From positions 4,183 through 68,182 of IMG/VR virus record IMGVR_UViG_3300043422_000086: a stretch of 64,000 bases of DNA, one strand, 5' to 3'. The notes under the pieces were generated by a model, which worked only from the letters and a program-made list of their open reading frames with translations, made no database searches and was not told the DNA's origin. The stretch is from a virus (Duplodnaviria; Caudoviricetes). Each line of letters starts with the position of its first letter. Position 1 is the stretch's first letter. This document shows positions 9,319 through 18,564 of this stretch, piece after piece. A program made the translations under genes and the position numbers.

Positions 9319-11049
9319 CTAAACTGCTTTAATTCGACTCTTAATATCTTTAGGAATACATCCGGGTTTGCTAATTAAGCTTCTAAAACAAGCATCTAGC
9401 ACATAAGTTACAGCCCAATCTTCTTTACTTCTGACAGAACGCCCGACGCCCTGTAAAAAACTTACGCTAGTTTTCCAATCATACCAATCTGGCATGTATT
9501 GCATTTTAGCTTTAATATGAGGACTATTCAAAGATGGATATGGTACCTTAAAGAAGACTTGGAACCTACTTGTATCATCTTTTAAGTCTAACCCTTCTAA
9601 GATAGATGGTCCAATAAGTATTCCATCAGTTGATTTTTTAAACGTCTCTAATGCGCTTGCTTTTGATTTGGAGTCATCATAAGCTATTAATCTTGAGCTA
9701 ATTGCGCTGTTTTCTAATATTTTTTGTGTGAATTCATAAGAACCCGAGTGAATAACACCTCTTTGTCCAACATGCTTAGAAGCTATTTTGTCCATGATGG
9801 CTAAAACCTTGTCAAAGTTTTGATCCTTTTCTTTCATAGACATTTTATGACGGTTAACAAAAACAATTGGTGACTTTTCATAAGTAAAATCATTAGTCAA
9901 TCTAATAAACCTTGCATTTTCAATGCCCATAATTCTCATATAAGAAGCCGGATCACCAATAGTAGCACTCATAAAGACTTTAAATTCTGCCTTTGCATGT
10001 AAGTGCTTTCTAATCATCCATTGTTCTTCAATACATGTAAATTTAGCCTCTTCTCTGTTTTGATCTATAACCATTTTGTCTAAACCAACTTCAGCTATAA
10101 TGTCTATGTAATCATCAAATTTACAGTAAACATCTTTGATTCTATCAAGAGCTGTCATTGCATTTTGCCAATCTTTAGGCACTGCATTACTATTAAATCT
10201 TTTTTTGGCTGCAGTTTTAATCTCTTGATTCATAGACATATATTGACCTAGATATTGCTTTAAGTAACCCATGGCTTCAAAGATCTTTTTCTTGTCACGT
10301 TCATTCAACAACATTAAAACAACGCTATCTATTCTATTCTTGGTAACTTTAGGCTCTGAGAAACCCCATTTAACTAAGAATGAGTTAACCGTTTGAATTC
10401 TTGAAGAAACATCTGAATCAATACGTGGACTAAAATGATTTTGAACAATCTCATCTACTTTGTGAGCTTCATCAAAAAAGACAAAGTCTCTTTGTGCAAA
10501 TGGTGAGCCACCATCATCAGCTTTTTTATCTTCTACGTAATTTCTTTGTAACAACCAAAACGCATAGTTAAGTAAACAAACTCTGTGGTTAATTGCGCGT
10601 TGTCTATTTTGTAGATAATCACAGCTACCATAACAATCAAGTTTAGAAGCTTGCTCATAACCCATACCTTTTAAACGACAATCACCTAATGAAAATGGTA
10701 AATTATTAACAGAACATTCATAATTATCTGCACCTTTAACTGAAGGCCAATGTAAACCCAGTCTATAGAAATCTGATTCATATTGATCTTGTAATGATAA
10801 ATCACTCGTAATCAAATAACCTTGTTTGTCAAAACTTGATAAAACCAAACTTGAAGCCATGGCAATAATAGATTTACCGGTCCCTGTAGGTGCATCTATA
10901 ACAATAGTGGCTTTTGGATCTTCAAAGTATGTTTTACAAATAGCCGTGATAGTTTCTCTTTGGCCTGTACGAAATTCAAAGCCTTTGCCAAGCTTTTCTT
11001 CTTTTATAATCTGATCTAATTTCTCGTTGATTTCTTCTAGCACGTTCAC
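9319..11049 (-). CDS. DinG/Rad3-family SF2 DNA helicase
   Basis: DAPTGTGKS, DEAH, MSAT, EGLDL, KVPYP, QGVGRSVRS; Fe-S cysteines. Confidence 0.9.
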   Translation of the reverse strand: MNVLEEINEKLDQIIKEEKLGKGFEFRTGQRETITAICKTYFEDPKATIVIDAPTGTGKSIIAMASSLVLSSFDKQGYLITSDLSLQDQYESDFYRLGLHWPSVKGADNYECSVNNLPFSLGDCRLKGMGYEQASKLDCYGSCDYLQNRQRAINHRVCLLNYAFWLLQRNYVEDKKADDGGSPFAQRDFVFFDEAHKVDEIVQNHFSPRIDSDVSSRIQTVNSFLVKWGFSEPKVTKNRIDSVVLMLLNERDKKKIFEAMGYLKQYLGQYMSMNQEIKTAAKKRFNSNAVPKDWQNAMTALDRIKDVYCKFDDYIDIIAEVGLDKMVIDQNREEAKFTCIEEQWMIRKHLHAKAEFKVFMSATIGDPASYMRIMGIENARFIRLTNDFTYEKSPIVFVNRHKMSMKEKDQNFDKVLAIMDKIASKHVGQRGVIHSGSYEFTQKILENSAISSRLIAYDDSKSKASALETFKKSTDGILIGPSILEGLDLKDDTSRFQVFFKVPYPSLNSPHIKAKMQYMPDWYDWKTSVSFLQGVGRSVRSKEDWAVTYVLDACFRSLISKPGCIPKDIKSRIKAV

Positions 11050-11064
11050 ACATTTAAGTCTAAT

Positions 11065-11091
11065 TTATACGTGAATCTTGCGAAAAGTTTA
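11065..11091 (-). promoter_or_regulatory. Class M promoter (G/T)AAAC-N17-TATAA
   Basis: Upstream of helicase. Confidence 0.6.
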
Positions 11092-11100
11092 TTGCATAAA

Positions 11101-11125
11101 AAAAGGAACCAGTTAGATTCCTTTT
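11101..11125 (-). terminator. Intrinsic terminator
   Basis: aaaaggaa-N-ttcctttt hairpin with T-run. Confidence 0.5.
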
Positions 11126-11134
11126 GATTTCTTT

Positions 11135-11311
11135 TTAGGCCGGGCCACCAACTCCGAACCAAATCCAATCAGACTCTTCGTCGTCTTCGTTTAAAATAGA
11201 AATAAAATCGAATTGCTCGATAATAGCTTCTACGGTTTCAACAATTGGACCTTTTGTCTCTTTGGGCTCGATCTCAGAAGTGATGTCGACTTCTGGGATG
11301 AACTTTTCCAT
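11135..11311 (-). CDS. 58-aa acidic hypothetical protein (MEKFIPEV...WFGVGGPA)
   Basis: Manual translation; own promoter and terminator flank it. Confidence 0.55.
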   Translation of the reverse strand: MEKFIPEVDITSEIEPKETKGPIVETVEAIIEQFDFISILNEDDEESDWIWFGVGGPA

Positions 11312-11387
11312 AAAAGATTTAGATATTTTTTGTAGAGGATTAGAGGTTCTACTGTTTATATATTAATCTTTTTTAAAAAGTTTCAAA

Positions 11388-11981
11388 TTATTGTTGCGTT
11401 TCTTTGATTTTATCGTCAATAAAATCAGTTAAATCTTTTACAGAACCTCTAAAGGCTCTAATATCTACCATTCGTTGATCTTCACTTGGATTTCCAACGA
11501 AGGTATCTGAGTCTTTTGCTTCTAAAATTATATCATTATCAAATTTAATAGTTGGAGAAGGTGAGAATTGAGTTCCACCGTCTTGAGCTTCTAAACCATA
11601 AACATCTTTTAAAGTTTTAATAACTTTAGATTTATAAGACTTGTCTTTTAAATGAAAGTAAGTAACGCTGTCATTAGGTTGATCAAGTACGCCTTTAACA
11701 TATTGTGATAGCTCTTTTGCAATATACTCAGCCGCATCTCCTGCAATGTTTCCATTGTATTTAGATTCTTTAAGACTTAATTGTTTTTGCAATTCAGCCA
11801 TAAATGGTTTAATGTTATGGTCACCGTATTCATCTTTGATAATAGTTGCAACTGCAATTGCAAATTCCGTGTATGGAAGTGAATCATCTACTTTATCAAT
11901 GGCTTTTAACATTAAAGGCACTAATTTATCTGATTTAGCAGACTCATTAATAAATGAATTAAAATCTGTCATGTGTTTCAT
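11388..11981 (-). CDS. CTS-leader protein (MKHMTDFNSFINE)
   Basis: Leader motif; internal LKE/S, ILE/A. Confidence 0.7.
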   Translation of the reverse strand: MKHMTDFNSFINESAKSDKLVPLMLKAIDKVDDSLPYTEFAIAVATIIKDEYGDHNIKPFMAELQKQLSLKESKYNGNIAGDAAEYIAKELSQYVKGVLDQPNDSVTYFHLKDKSYKSKVIKTLKDVYGLEAQDGGTQFSPSPTIKFDNDIILEAKDSDTFVGNPSEDQRMVDIRAFRGSVKDLTDFIDDKIKETQQ

Positions 11982-12268
11982 TATTTCTTTTTAAGTTCTT
12001 TTCCAAATTCTGTTAAAGCGCCATTATCATCCATAGCACAAAAGTGTTCTCTAGAATTACCTTTAGTTAATTCAATGTGTAATCCAGGATTCATACCTCC
12101 AAGATCCTTTGGCGCCCATAATCTTGCAACTGTCCAAGTTCCAGATTCTGATTTTAAAGTTACTTTGTCCTGTGTTGAGATTCCAGTTTCTTCTGTAAAT
12201 TTTTTGGTTAATTTATCTCCAATTTGAGCTTCGTTAACGAATTCTTCGTATAGTTTTATGTGTTTCAT
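11981..12268 (-). CDS. CTS-leader protein (MKHIKLYEEFVNE)
   Basis: Leader motif. Confidence 0.7.
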   Translation of the reverse strand: MKHIKLYEEFVNEAQIGDKLTKKFTEETGISTQDKVTLKSESGTWTVARLWAPKDLGGMNPGLHIELTKGNSREHFCAMDDNGALTEFGKELKKK

Positions 12269-12276
12269 ATCTTATT

Positions 12277-13089
12277 TTAATTTTTTGGCCATAACATAAT
12301 AGTTCCTGGGTCATTCCAAGAAAAATACCAACCTGCTTTTTCTACAGCTGCAACAACATTTTTAAGCACTCCGTTTTGGTATTTTGCACCTTTATTGTAG
12401 TAATCAAATATTTTACCACCACTCATTGTTTCACCGTTGTCAGCTGCCATCCAAATACCTCCAGTTTCGCCATTGAATTTTTCTGATGGTGAAACATGTT
12501 TAATTTTGTATTTGTCTTCCATCATAATAGACATTGCACCTCTATCAAGTTCTTTAGCTTCATTAAGAGATTCTCCTAATGTTATATTGCTTTTTAATGT
12601 TTTTACAAAACACGAATCAATATTTCCAATTACGCTTGATGTATAATCATCAAGAATATCATAAAACACCTTTGCTTTCGTGAATGATACTTTAACTACA
12701 GATCCCCATCTTTCGTCATCACCTGGTGCAGTTATAAACGATACAGGTTCTCCAATTTCAAATTGTGCTGGAAAGTTTACTTCTTCGTTTACAATAGCTT
12801 CACCGATAGCTTCTTGCGAAATCATGGCCTGGATAATATCAGTTGAAATCCATCCAGCTGCTCTAAAAAAATCATGTGCTAGCTTAATTACTTTCTTTTC
12901 ATCACCGTTAGTAACTTCATTGTCTTTGCCATCTTCGTTATTAAGATTCCATTCTTCAACTTCGTCTTCAACAGCACGATTCACTTTAGAAGCAGATGTT
13001 ATCTTTGTAGATTTTTCATGATAATCTGCCCAATATTTAATGTTTATTGACTCGTTGATAAACTGTTCAAATAGTTTTACTTTTTTCAT
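12277..13089 (-). CDS. CTS-leader protein, three modules separated by IVNE/LNE sites
   Basis: MKKVKLFEQFINE; internal EAIVNE, GESLNE. Confidence 0.7.
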   Translation of the reverse strand: MKKVKLFEQFINESINIKYWADYHEKSTKITSASKVNRAVEDEVEEWNLNNEDGKDNEVTNGDEKKVIKLAHDFFRAAGWISTDIIQAMISQEAIGEAIVNEEVNFPAQFEIGEPVSFITAPGDDERWGSVVKVSFTKAKVFYDILDDYTSSVIGNIDSCFVKTLKSNITLGESLNEAKELDRGAMSIMMEDKYKIKHVSPSEKFNGETGGIWMAADNGETMSGGKIFDYYNKGAKYQNGVLKNVVAAVEKAGWYFSWNDPGTIMLWPKN

Positions 13090-13391
13090 TATGATATGTA
13101 TGCGTTTAGTTCGTATTTATCACCCATTCCATATATTGAAATTGCAAGGGCTTTCTTTTGTTCTTTACCATCTTTAAAAAGAGTGATAGTAAATCTGTTT
13201 GTAAAACCATCACCTGGTTTTTTAGGACCCATACCAATTTTAGTGGCAGTTTCTTCTTTGTCATATTCATATCCTTGCGATTCAGCATATTCTAATGCAG
13301 TCTCAACAGCTGATGTATAACTTCTGTGGTAAACTTGGTAACTTGATTTCTTTTCAGTTACAAATTGTTCGAATAATAAAGTATGTTTCAT
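13089..13391 (-). CDS. CTS-leader protein (MKHTLLFEQFVTE)
   Basis: Leader motif. Confidence 0.7.
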   Translation of the reverse strand: MKHTLLFEQFVTEKKSSYQVYHRSYTSAVETALEYAESQGYEYDKEETATKIGMGPKKPGDGFTNRFTITLFKDGKEQKKALAISIYGMGDKYELNAYIS

Positions 13392-13392
13392 A

Positions 13393-13815
13393 TTATTTAC
13401 CTAAGGCTTTTTTAACTTCTTTAACAAATTTAACTGCTCTATCAGCTGCATCTTTCATAGATTTTGCTGTAGCTTTTCTAAATTTGATTTTTAAACGAGT
13501 TTCATAAGATACTTGTTTTCCTGGCTCATATAAAGACTGTGTGAAAACTTCCATTTTACCATCTTTGTAAATTGCCATTCTAAAATAGTTAGAATTTTCT
13601 ACGTAACCATGAGACCACTCAGTCTTTGGTTCAAATGAAACCAAAAGCATGATTGTATCATTACCAAAAACACCTTTACTTAAAGAGATATAACCTGGAT
13701 TTTCTTTTTCTAAAGCATCTTTTAATATCGCAGATGCTTGTACAATATCTGTAGTTCCATCATCAAAGATTAAGGCTTCATTTACGTATTGTTCAAATAA
13801 TTTTACTTTTTGCAT
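13393..13815 (-). CDS. CTS-leader protein (MQKVKLFEQYVNE)
   Basis: Leader motif; late box at 13837-13845. Confidence 0.7.
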   Translation of the reverse strand: MQKVKLFEQYVNEALIFDDGTTDIVQASAILKDALEKENPGYISLSKGVFGNDTIMLLVSFEPKTEWSHGYVENSNYFRMAIYKDGKMEVFTQSLYEPGKQVSYETRLKIKFRKATAKSMKDAADRAVKFVKEVKKALGK

Positions 13816-13836
13816 GATTTAAGTTTATTTTATAGT

Positions 13837-13845
13837 CTATATATT
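13837..13845 (-). promoter_or_regulatory. Late-type box (class L)
   Basis: AATATATAG upstream of CTS-leader run. Confidence 0.5.
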
Positions 13846-14296
13846 ATTTTATTATTAAGTAATTTAAAACTTGTTCCCAGTTTTCAAAATTAGGTTGACC
13901 AAACTGAATCCATTGACCTTTGAATTCTGCTGCACCATTATTAGGTCTATCATCAATAAGGTAATCACCCATTAAAAGATCCTTTCTGTGAGAGAGTATA
14001 AGTCTTTTGTGTGCTAATTTACCCATGTATTTTTGAACCCAACGTCTTTTAGAACTCCAAGACTCTGCATTTGACCATGGCGCTGTGCTTAAAAAGTAAA
14101 CTTCATACTGTTCCATGAGTATTTTAACAGCGTCTAGAGCTCCTTTGATAGGCTCTGGATTCTCAAACAACTCTTTATCTACTGACGTTAATCTTCCTAA
14201 GTGTCTAACTGCATCTGGTCCGTGTCTTTCGATTGCGTGAGCTTCTAAATCAACCATTACTCCGTCTAAATCGATATAAACTATTTTCTTGTTCAT
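13844..14296 (-). CDS. 5'(3')-deoxyribonucleotidase (NT5C, HAD family)
   Basis: YIDLDGV, FLSTAPW, KDLLMGDYLIDDR; start moved to MNKK downstream of early promoter. Confidence 0.85.
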   Translation of the reverse strand: MNKKIVYIDLDGVMVDLEAHAIERHGPDAVRHLGRLTSVDKELFENPEPIKGALDAVKILMEQYEVYFLSTAPWSNAESWSSKRRWVQKYMGKLAHKRLILSHRKDLLMGDYLIDDRPNNGAAEFKGQWIQFGQPNFENWEQVLNYLIIK

Positions 14297-14303
14297 CTTC
14301 TTG

Positions 14304-14360
14304 TTTTTAATTATAATGTAAATATACAAAAAAAAGCCCAAATAAAAAAATATTTGAGCG
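14304..14360 (-). promoter_or_regulatory. Early-type promoter (class E)
   Basis: Same motif. Confidence 0.7.
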
Positions 14361-14384
14361 TTTATTTTAAAAATTTAATGATTT

Positions 14385-15104
14385 TTATGAATTGGCCTTA
14401 ATCCATTCTTTACCAATACGGTTTTGTAACGGTTTATTAAGTAATTTGTTAATAGCGCCTGCCATTTTATCAAAGTGTTCAGTCCCAGAGACTGAATTGT
14501 CAACAATGATTAAGTTATCTCCACCAAAAATAGTTTGAAAGTGACCTATATTGTTTTGTACATTCTGCCAAATTTCTTTAACCATTTCTTCAGGTAAAGA
14601 TCTCGATCTAGCTGCATTTCTTTGTAATGCAACTTCTAATGAAGTATTAACAAAAATCATATAACAATCATAACCATAAGCTTCAATTGCTCCTTTTTTA
14701 GCTGCAATTTTCTTATAATCATCTCCTGTACCATCGATAATCATACCTAGTCTACCTTGTAAGTATAATTTCTGTTTTAAATCTGTAACTCTTTTAGCTT
14801 TACCTCTTGGTGATTCTTCGCCAGAAGTCAATTCTGCAAATTTCTTAGGGTCCATAGTAGCTAAATCCTTTGGATCAACTCCCATATTCTTTAATTGCAA
14901 TTCAAAGGCTTGATCTGAATTAATAACTTTAAGACCGTTTCTATATGAGATGCTTTGAATACCATTCTCAGGTACACCAAACAATTCTTCAGCTGCTCTT
15001 GATTTACCAGAACCTGGTCCTCCAGCCATGAAAAATGCTTTTAAGATATTTTTATCGTGCACGCCTTCATTAATAAACTCTTCAAATAATTTAACTAGCT
15101 TCAT
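14385..15104 (-). CDS. P-loop kinase (zeta-toxin/AAA_33-like) with CTS-like leader
   Basis: MKLVKLFEEFINE; AGGPGSGKS, INSD, IIDGTG, ALQRNAARSR. Confidence 0.8.
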   Translation of the reverse strand: MKLVKLFEEFINEGVHDKNILKAFFMAGGPGSGKSRAAEELFGVPENGIQSISYRNGLKVINSDQAFELQLKNMGVDPKDLATMDPKKFAELTSGEESPRGKAKRVTDLKQKLYLQGRLGMIIDGTGDDYKKIAAKKGAIEAYGYDCYMIFVNTSLEVALQRNAARSRSLPEEMVKEIWQNVQNNIGHFQTIFGGDNLIIVDNSVSGTEHFDKMAGAINKLLNKPLQNRIGKEWIKANS

Positions 15105-15658
15105 TTTAATTTACCGTATATTCTTTTTGTAATTCTTTTACCAGCTTTTGATAAAAATCTTGTGTAATAGCCATTTTCAGTGAATTCTGGCTTTTTATCT
15201 AATCCAACAACATCTTCAATCATTTCTTTGTCTGTAATAACGGGAGCTTTGGCTTGACTTAATAACTCTTCCATTCTTAAAGAAGCCTCTATAAACCAAC
15301 CTTTAGTATTAACCAACTGCAAAAGCTTTTTAACAATATCAGATTTAGCTTCTTTTTTACCATTAGTACCTAATAAAGCTATTTTATTGCCCCATTTAGT
15401 AGGCTTGTATATGATAAAAGCATCTGCTTGATGATCTGAGTCTACATCTTTTAAGGCAGTTGCTTTGTATTTTGCTTGCATTTCTTCCCAATCATCAGCT
15501 GATAAATCCATACCAGCATCTAAATATGTTTTGGTGTACATAGCCCAAATTGATTCCATGCCTTCTTTGTCAATCTTCTTAAGATCCATGTCGACCCACT
15601 TATTAGAAGGTATTTCGAATTCATTTAAGAATTGTTCAAATAATTTAACTTTCTTCAT
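15101..15658 (-). CDS. CTS-leader protein
   Basis: MKKVKLFEQFLNE. Confidence 0.7.
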   Translation of the reverse strand: MKKVKLFEQFLNEFEIPSNKWVDMDLKKIDKEGMESIWAMYTKTYLDAGMDLSADDWEEMQAKYKATALKDVDSDHQADAFIIYKPTKWGNKIALLGTNGKKEAKSDIVKKLLQLVNTKGWFIEASLRMEELLSQAKAPVITDKEMIEDVVGLDKKPEFTENGYYTRFLSKAGKRITKRIYGKLK

Positions 15659-15659
15659 A

Positions 15660-16118
15660 TTATTGAGGTAATCTTACCATTGTATTTCGTGTTTCGCTTT
15701 TATCGGTGTTCTTTACAAAACCATGGTCTTTGTAAAACTTTTCTAATCTAGATGTTGAAGAGGCTCCGAAATCTTTAGAAGGTGTTAAGTATATTTTTAA
15801 ACCTTTAGAATCAGCATAAGCATTAATTTGTTTCATGATTTCTGAACCAATACCTTCACCTCTTTTATCTTTTGGAATAATAATTCTTGACAACTCTAAA
15901 AATTTACCATTGTCATATAGATCTAAGTCAATACCGTATTTGTCTTCTAAATCTCTTAAAACAAAAGCTTCTCCTAAAATAGTTGTATTATCGTGAAAAC
16001 ATTTATGACATGTATATAAATCGTGGCCACCATCTTCTAACTTCCAAGTCCATCCGCAATTATCACACTTGATTTTATTGCCATCTACAAATTCTTCATA
16101 TAACTTTACGTATTGCAT
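15660..16118 (-). CDS. Zn-ribbon + GNAT acetyltransferase with CTS-like leader
   Basis: MQYVKLYEEFV; CDNC/CHKC; RGEGIGS and FYKDHGF GNAT motifs. Confidence 0.8.
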   Translation of the reverse strand: MQYVKLYEEFVDGNKIKCDNCGWTWKLEDGGHDLYTCHKCFHDNTTILGEAFVLRDLEDKYGIDLDLYDNGKFLELSRIIIPKDKRGEGIGSEIMKQINAYADSKGLKIYLTPSKDFGASSTSRLEKFYKDHGFVKNTDKSETRNTMVRLPQ

Positions 16119-16119
16119 C

Positions 16120-16680
16120 TTACTTTAAATTTTTATCGTGGCCACCGTCTCTAACTTCTTTAGCTAAATCTTTATCAGCTCCACCCCAAGTTCCTTCTTG
16201 CTTAGTTAAAAATGAATTTACACGAGCATAACCCCATTGTTGTTGATTTGCACCAGGTCTATGACCTGTTTTCCAAGCTGCTAAGCCTCTTCTCATTACT
16301 GCTCTAAGAATTCCAATTGGAACTCCTGTTTCTTCAGATTTAGTTTTTAAACCTGTTTCTATAGCGTCATCGTCAATTGCAGATCTATCAGTTGATTGTT
16401 CTTCTTCAAAAACTAAAGACTCGTTCTTTTCTTCTTTATCGCCATACAATTCATGATATGACTTAGTGTGTTTAGAAGTTTTTACTTGTCCCTTTTCTTT
16501 GGCTTCTTTATCGCCAGGTAATTCTTTATAAGCTGCTTCGTCATCATCTGACATTTCAGCTTGTTTTTTCATTTGATCCTTTTTATCTTCTTCAGTTTCA
16601 TCACTTAAACCAGTCATATATGGATCTGGTCCAGGTTTAGCTTCATTTAAGAAATCTTCGTATAGTTTTACGTGTTGCAT
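16120..16680 (-). CDS. CTS-leader protein with conserved viral domain RGLAAWKTGHRPGA..QQWGYARVNSF (DUF5824-like)
   Basis: Leader MQHVKLYEDFLNE; recalled motif. Confidence 0.65.
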   Translation of the reverse strand: MQHVKLYEDFLNEAKPGPDPYMTGLSDETEEDKKDQMKKQAEMSDDDEAAYKELPGDKEAKEKGQVKTSKHTKSYHELYGDKEEKNESLVFEEEQSTDRSAIDDDAIETGLKTKSEETGVPIGILRAVMRRGLAAWKTGHRPGANQQQWGYARVNSFLTKQEGTWGGADKDLAKEVRDGGHDKNLK

Positions 16681-16689
16681 TGCTTTTAT

Positions 16690-16938
16690 TTATTTTTCAA
16701 CTTCACCGTCATTACCATCCATTGCATCATGCACAGCATTTAAGTTTTCTAAAGAAACTGTTAATTGAGAATACATCCAAGATTCTAATTGTTCACCTTT
16801 AGTCATTCTGTCCTTGATCATGTTTGCATAGTCTGCAATTCTTTCAAGTTGACCTAAGGTCATTTCGTTTAATTCAGCTAGAGTATCTCTACCTTCAGCT
16901 TCATTTATAAATTCATTAAAATCTGTTACGTGTTTCAT
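16690..16938 (-). CDS. CTS-leader protein (MKHVTDFNEFINE)
   Basis: Leader motif. Confidence 0.7.
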   Translation of the reverse strand: MKHVTDFNEFINEAEGRDTLAELNEMTLGQLERIADYANMIKDRMTKGEQLESWMYSQLTVSLENLNAVHDAMDGNDGEVEK

Positions 16939-17477
16939 TATAAATTGATCTTTGTTTTTGTACCATCTGGTTGGGAATAGACTATATATTTGGGTTTAAG
17001 CTCCTTTTTAGTATCGTCTAACATTTCAGTGTATTTCTTACCTAAACCTGGTTTTAAATAAGCAACTGTCATGTGTGGATGATAGTCTGGGTAATCTGTT
17101 GTGTGTGGTAATTTACTAAGTTCAGTATTACAATCATGTAAACTTGGACCTTCTACGTCATATTTCAACACATCAAACTTTTCATTTTCAAAAAGAGATG
17201 CATTTGTAATCGTGCAGTTACCAAAAACAAAGTTTTTAGCTATGTTTTCAATCACTTCAAGTTTTATATCATCATGTAAGCCATAAAGTAATGTGCAATG
17301 CGGTTCAGTTTCTAGGCCAAATGTAGCATCTTTAGGATCTACAAAGACATCTTCTTCATCTATTTGTTTGTGCAAGTTTTCCATTTCAGGAAAATCAAAG
17401 TACAACATAGCACAACCATAATCATACGTCTTTTTCTTTTCAGTCACGAATTCTTCAAATAATTTTACGTGTTTCAT
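16938..17477 (-). CDS. acb1: 2H phosphoesterase, Acb1/T4 gp57B-like anti-CBASS nuclease, with CTS-like leader
   Basis: Two HxT motifs (PHCTLLYG, PHMTVAY), YGCAML N-terminus. Confidence 0.75.
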   Translation of the reverse strand: MKHVKLFEEFVTEKKKTYDYGCAMLYFDFPEMENLHKQIDEEDVFVDPKDATFGLETEPHCTLLYGLHDDIKLEVIENIAKNFVFGNCTITNASLFENEKFDVLKYDVEGPSLHDCNTELSKLPHTTDYPDYHPHMTVAYLKPGLGKKYTEMLDDTKKELKPKYIVYSQPDGTKTKINL

Positions 17478-17489
17478 CTTTTAAATTTA

Positions 17490-17789
17490 TTATGCTCCGA
17501 AACCTAGGTCAAGAGTATCATCTTTTTCATCATCGTAATCTCCGGTTAAATCAACATCTTCTAAATCTATACCTTCAACTTTAATCTTCGGTCTAAAATG
17601 ACCATCTCCGTCAAAATATGCTTTAAAGCTTCTACCAGAACCTACAGCACCACACCAATGCATGAAAGCAAACATTTTTAAAAAATCATCTGCTGTTGAT
17701 TGGTCAATATTAGAAATAGTTACATTTAAGGTAACTGTTCCATCTTCTGCTTCTGTTAAGAAGTTTTCAAATAGTTTAATGTGTTTCAT
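17490..17789 (-). CDS. CTS-leader protein (MKHIKLFENFLTE)
   Basis: Leader motif. Confidence 0.7.
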   Translation of the reverse strand: MKHIKLFENFLTEAEDGTVTLNVTISNIDQSTADDFLKMFAFMHWCGAVGSGRSFKAYFDGDGHFRPKIKVEGIDLEDVDLTGDYDDEKDDTLDLGFGA

Positions 17790-18553
17790 TATTTCTTGTT
17801 TTCTTTTTTATCGTAATATTCCCAAACCTCATCTAATTGTTTAGGATCTGCTAACCAGCTTTCCCACCAGCCTCCTCCTTCTTCTTCAACTAAAGAACCA
17901 TCTTCTAACCTACGATATTCTTTTTCATGAACTGTAATTTTAAAAGTCTTTGGTGCAAATGGAAATGATTTAATATAATGCATGCAACCGATTTGTTCTT
18001 CACTACCTTCGCTTATACTAACATGACCTGTAAATCCATAATCTTTTCCTTCAGGAATCCATACAATTGCATCTAAGTAATATGGTTTACCCTCTTTACC
18101 TTCTTTGAAAACTGAACTAAGTCTTTTATTTTGAAAAGTTCCAGTGCCTTCTTCAGCGTCTTCATATACTGAACAGTCTGACCATTCTTCGTCTGTTCCC
18201 ATAATGCCTTCACCAAGTGGTTCATGAGCTAATAGTTTTTGCAATACTTGAACGATAACTGCACTCGTAAAAGGAGCTGAGCCACCGCTTTGACCAGAAT
18301 CAGCAAATTTCTTTACCAAGGCCATTACTTCAGGCACAAACTCTTTAATAATTGGAGTCCCACCTTCACCTTTGCCTTCAGCGTTTTTCATCATAAGATC
18401 CAATTCAAATTGAGCCTTATCGACTAAGCCCTCATTGATAGAATCAACTTGAATCATTCTCACACCTTCATGTAAGAATTTAATTAACTGAAATTTAACT
18501 TTGTTTTCGATTGATTCTGCTAAGAATTCTTCGAATAATTTAACTGTTTTCAT
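17789..18553 (-). CDS. CTS-leader protein with conserved phage domain (GQSGGSA...QNKRLSSVFKE)
   Basis: Start moved to MKTVKLFEEFLAE; internal SINE/G. Confidence 0.7.
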   Translation of the reverse strand: MKTVKLFEEFLAESIENKVKFQLIKFLHEGVRMIQVDSINEGLVDKAQFELDLMMKNAEGKGEGGTPIIKEFVPEVMALVKKFADSGQSGGSAPFTSAVIVQVLQKLLAHEPLGEGIMGTDEEWSDCSVYEDAEEGTGTFQNKRLSSVFKEGKEGKPYYLDAIVWIPEGKDYGFTGHVSISEGSEEQIGCMHYIKSFPFAPKTFKITVHEKEYRRLEDGSLVEEEGGGWWESWLADPKQLDEVWEYYDKKENKK

Positions 18554-18564
18554 AGGTTTATTTA

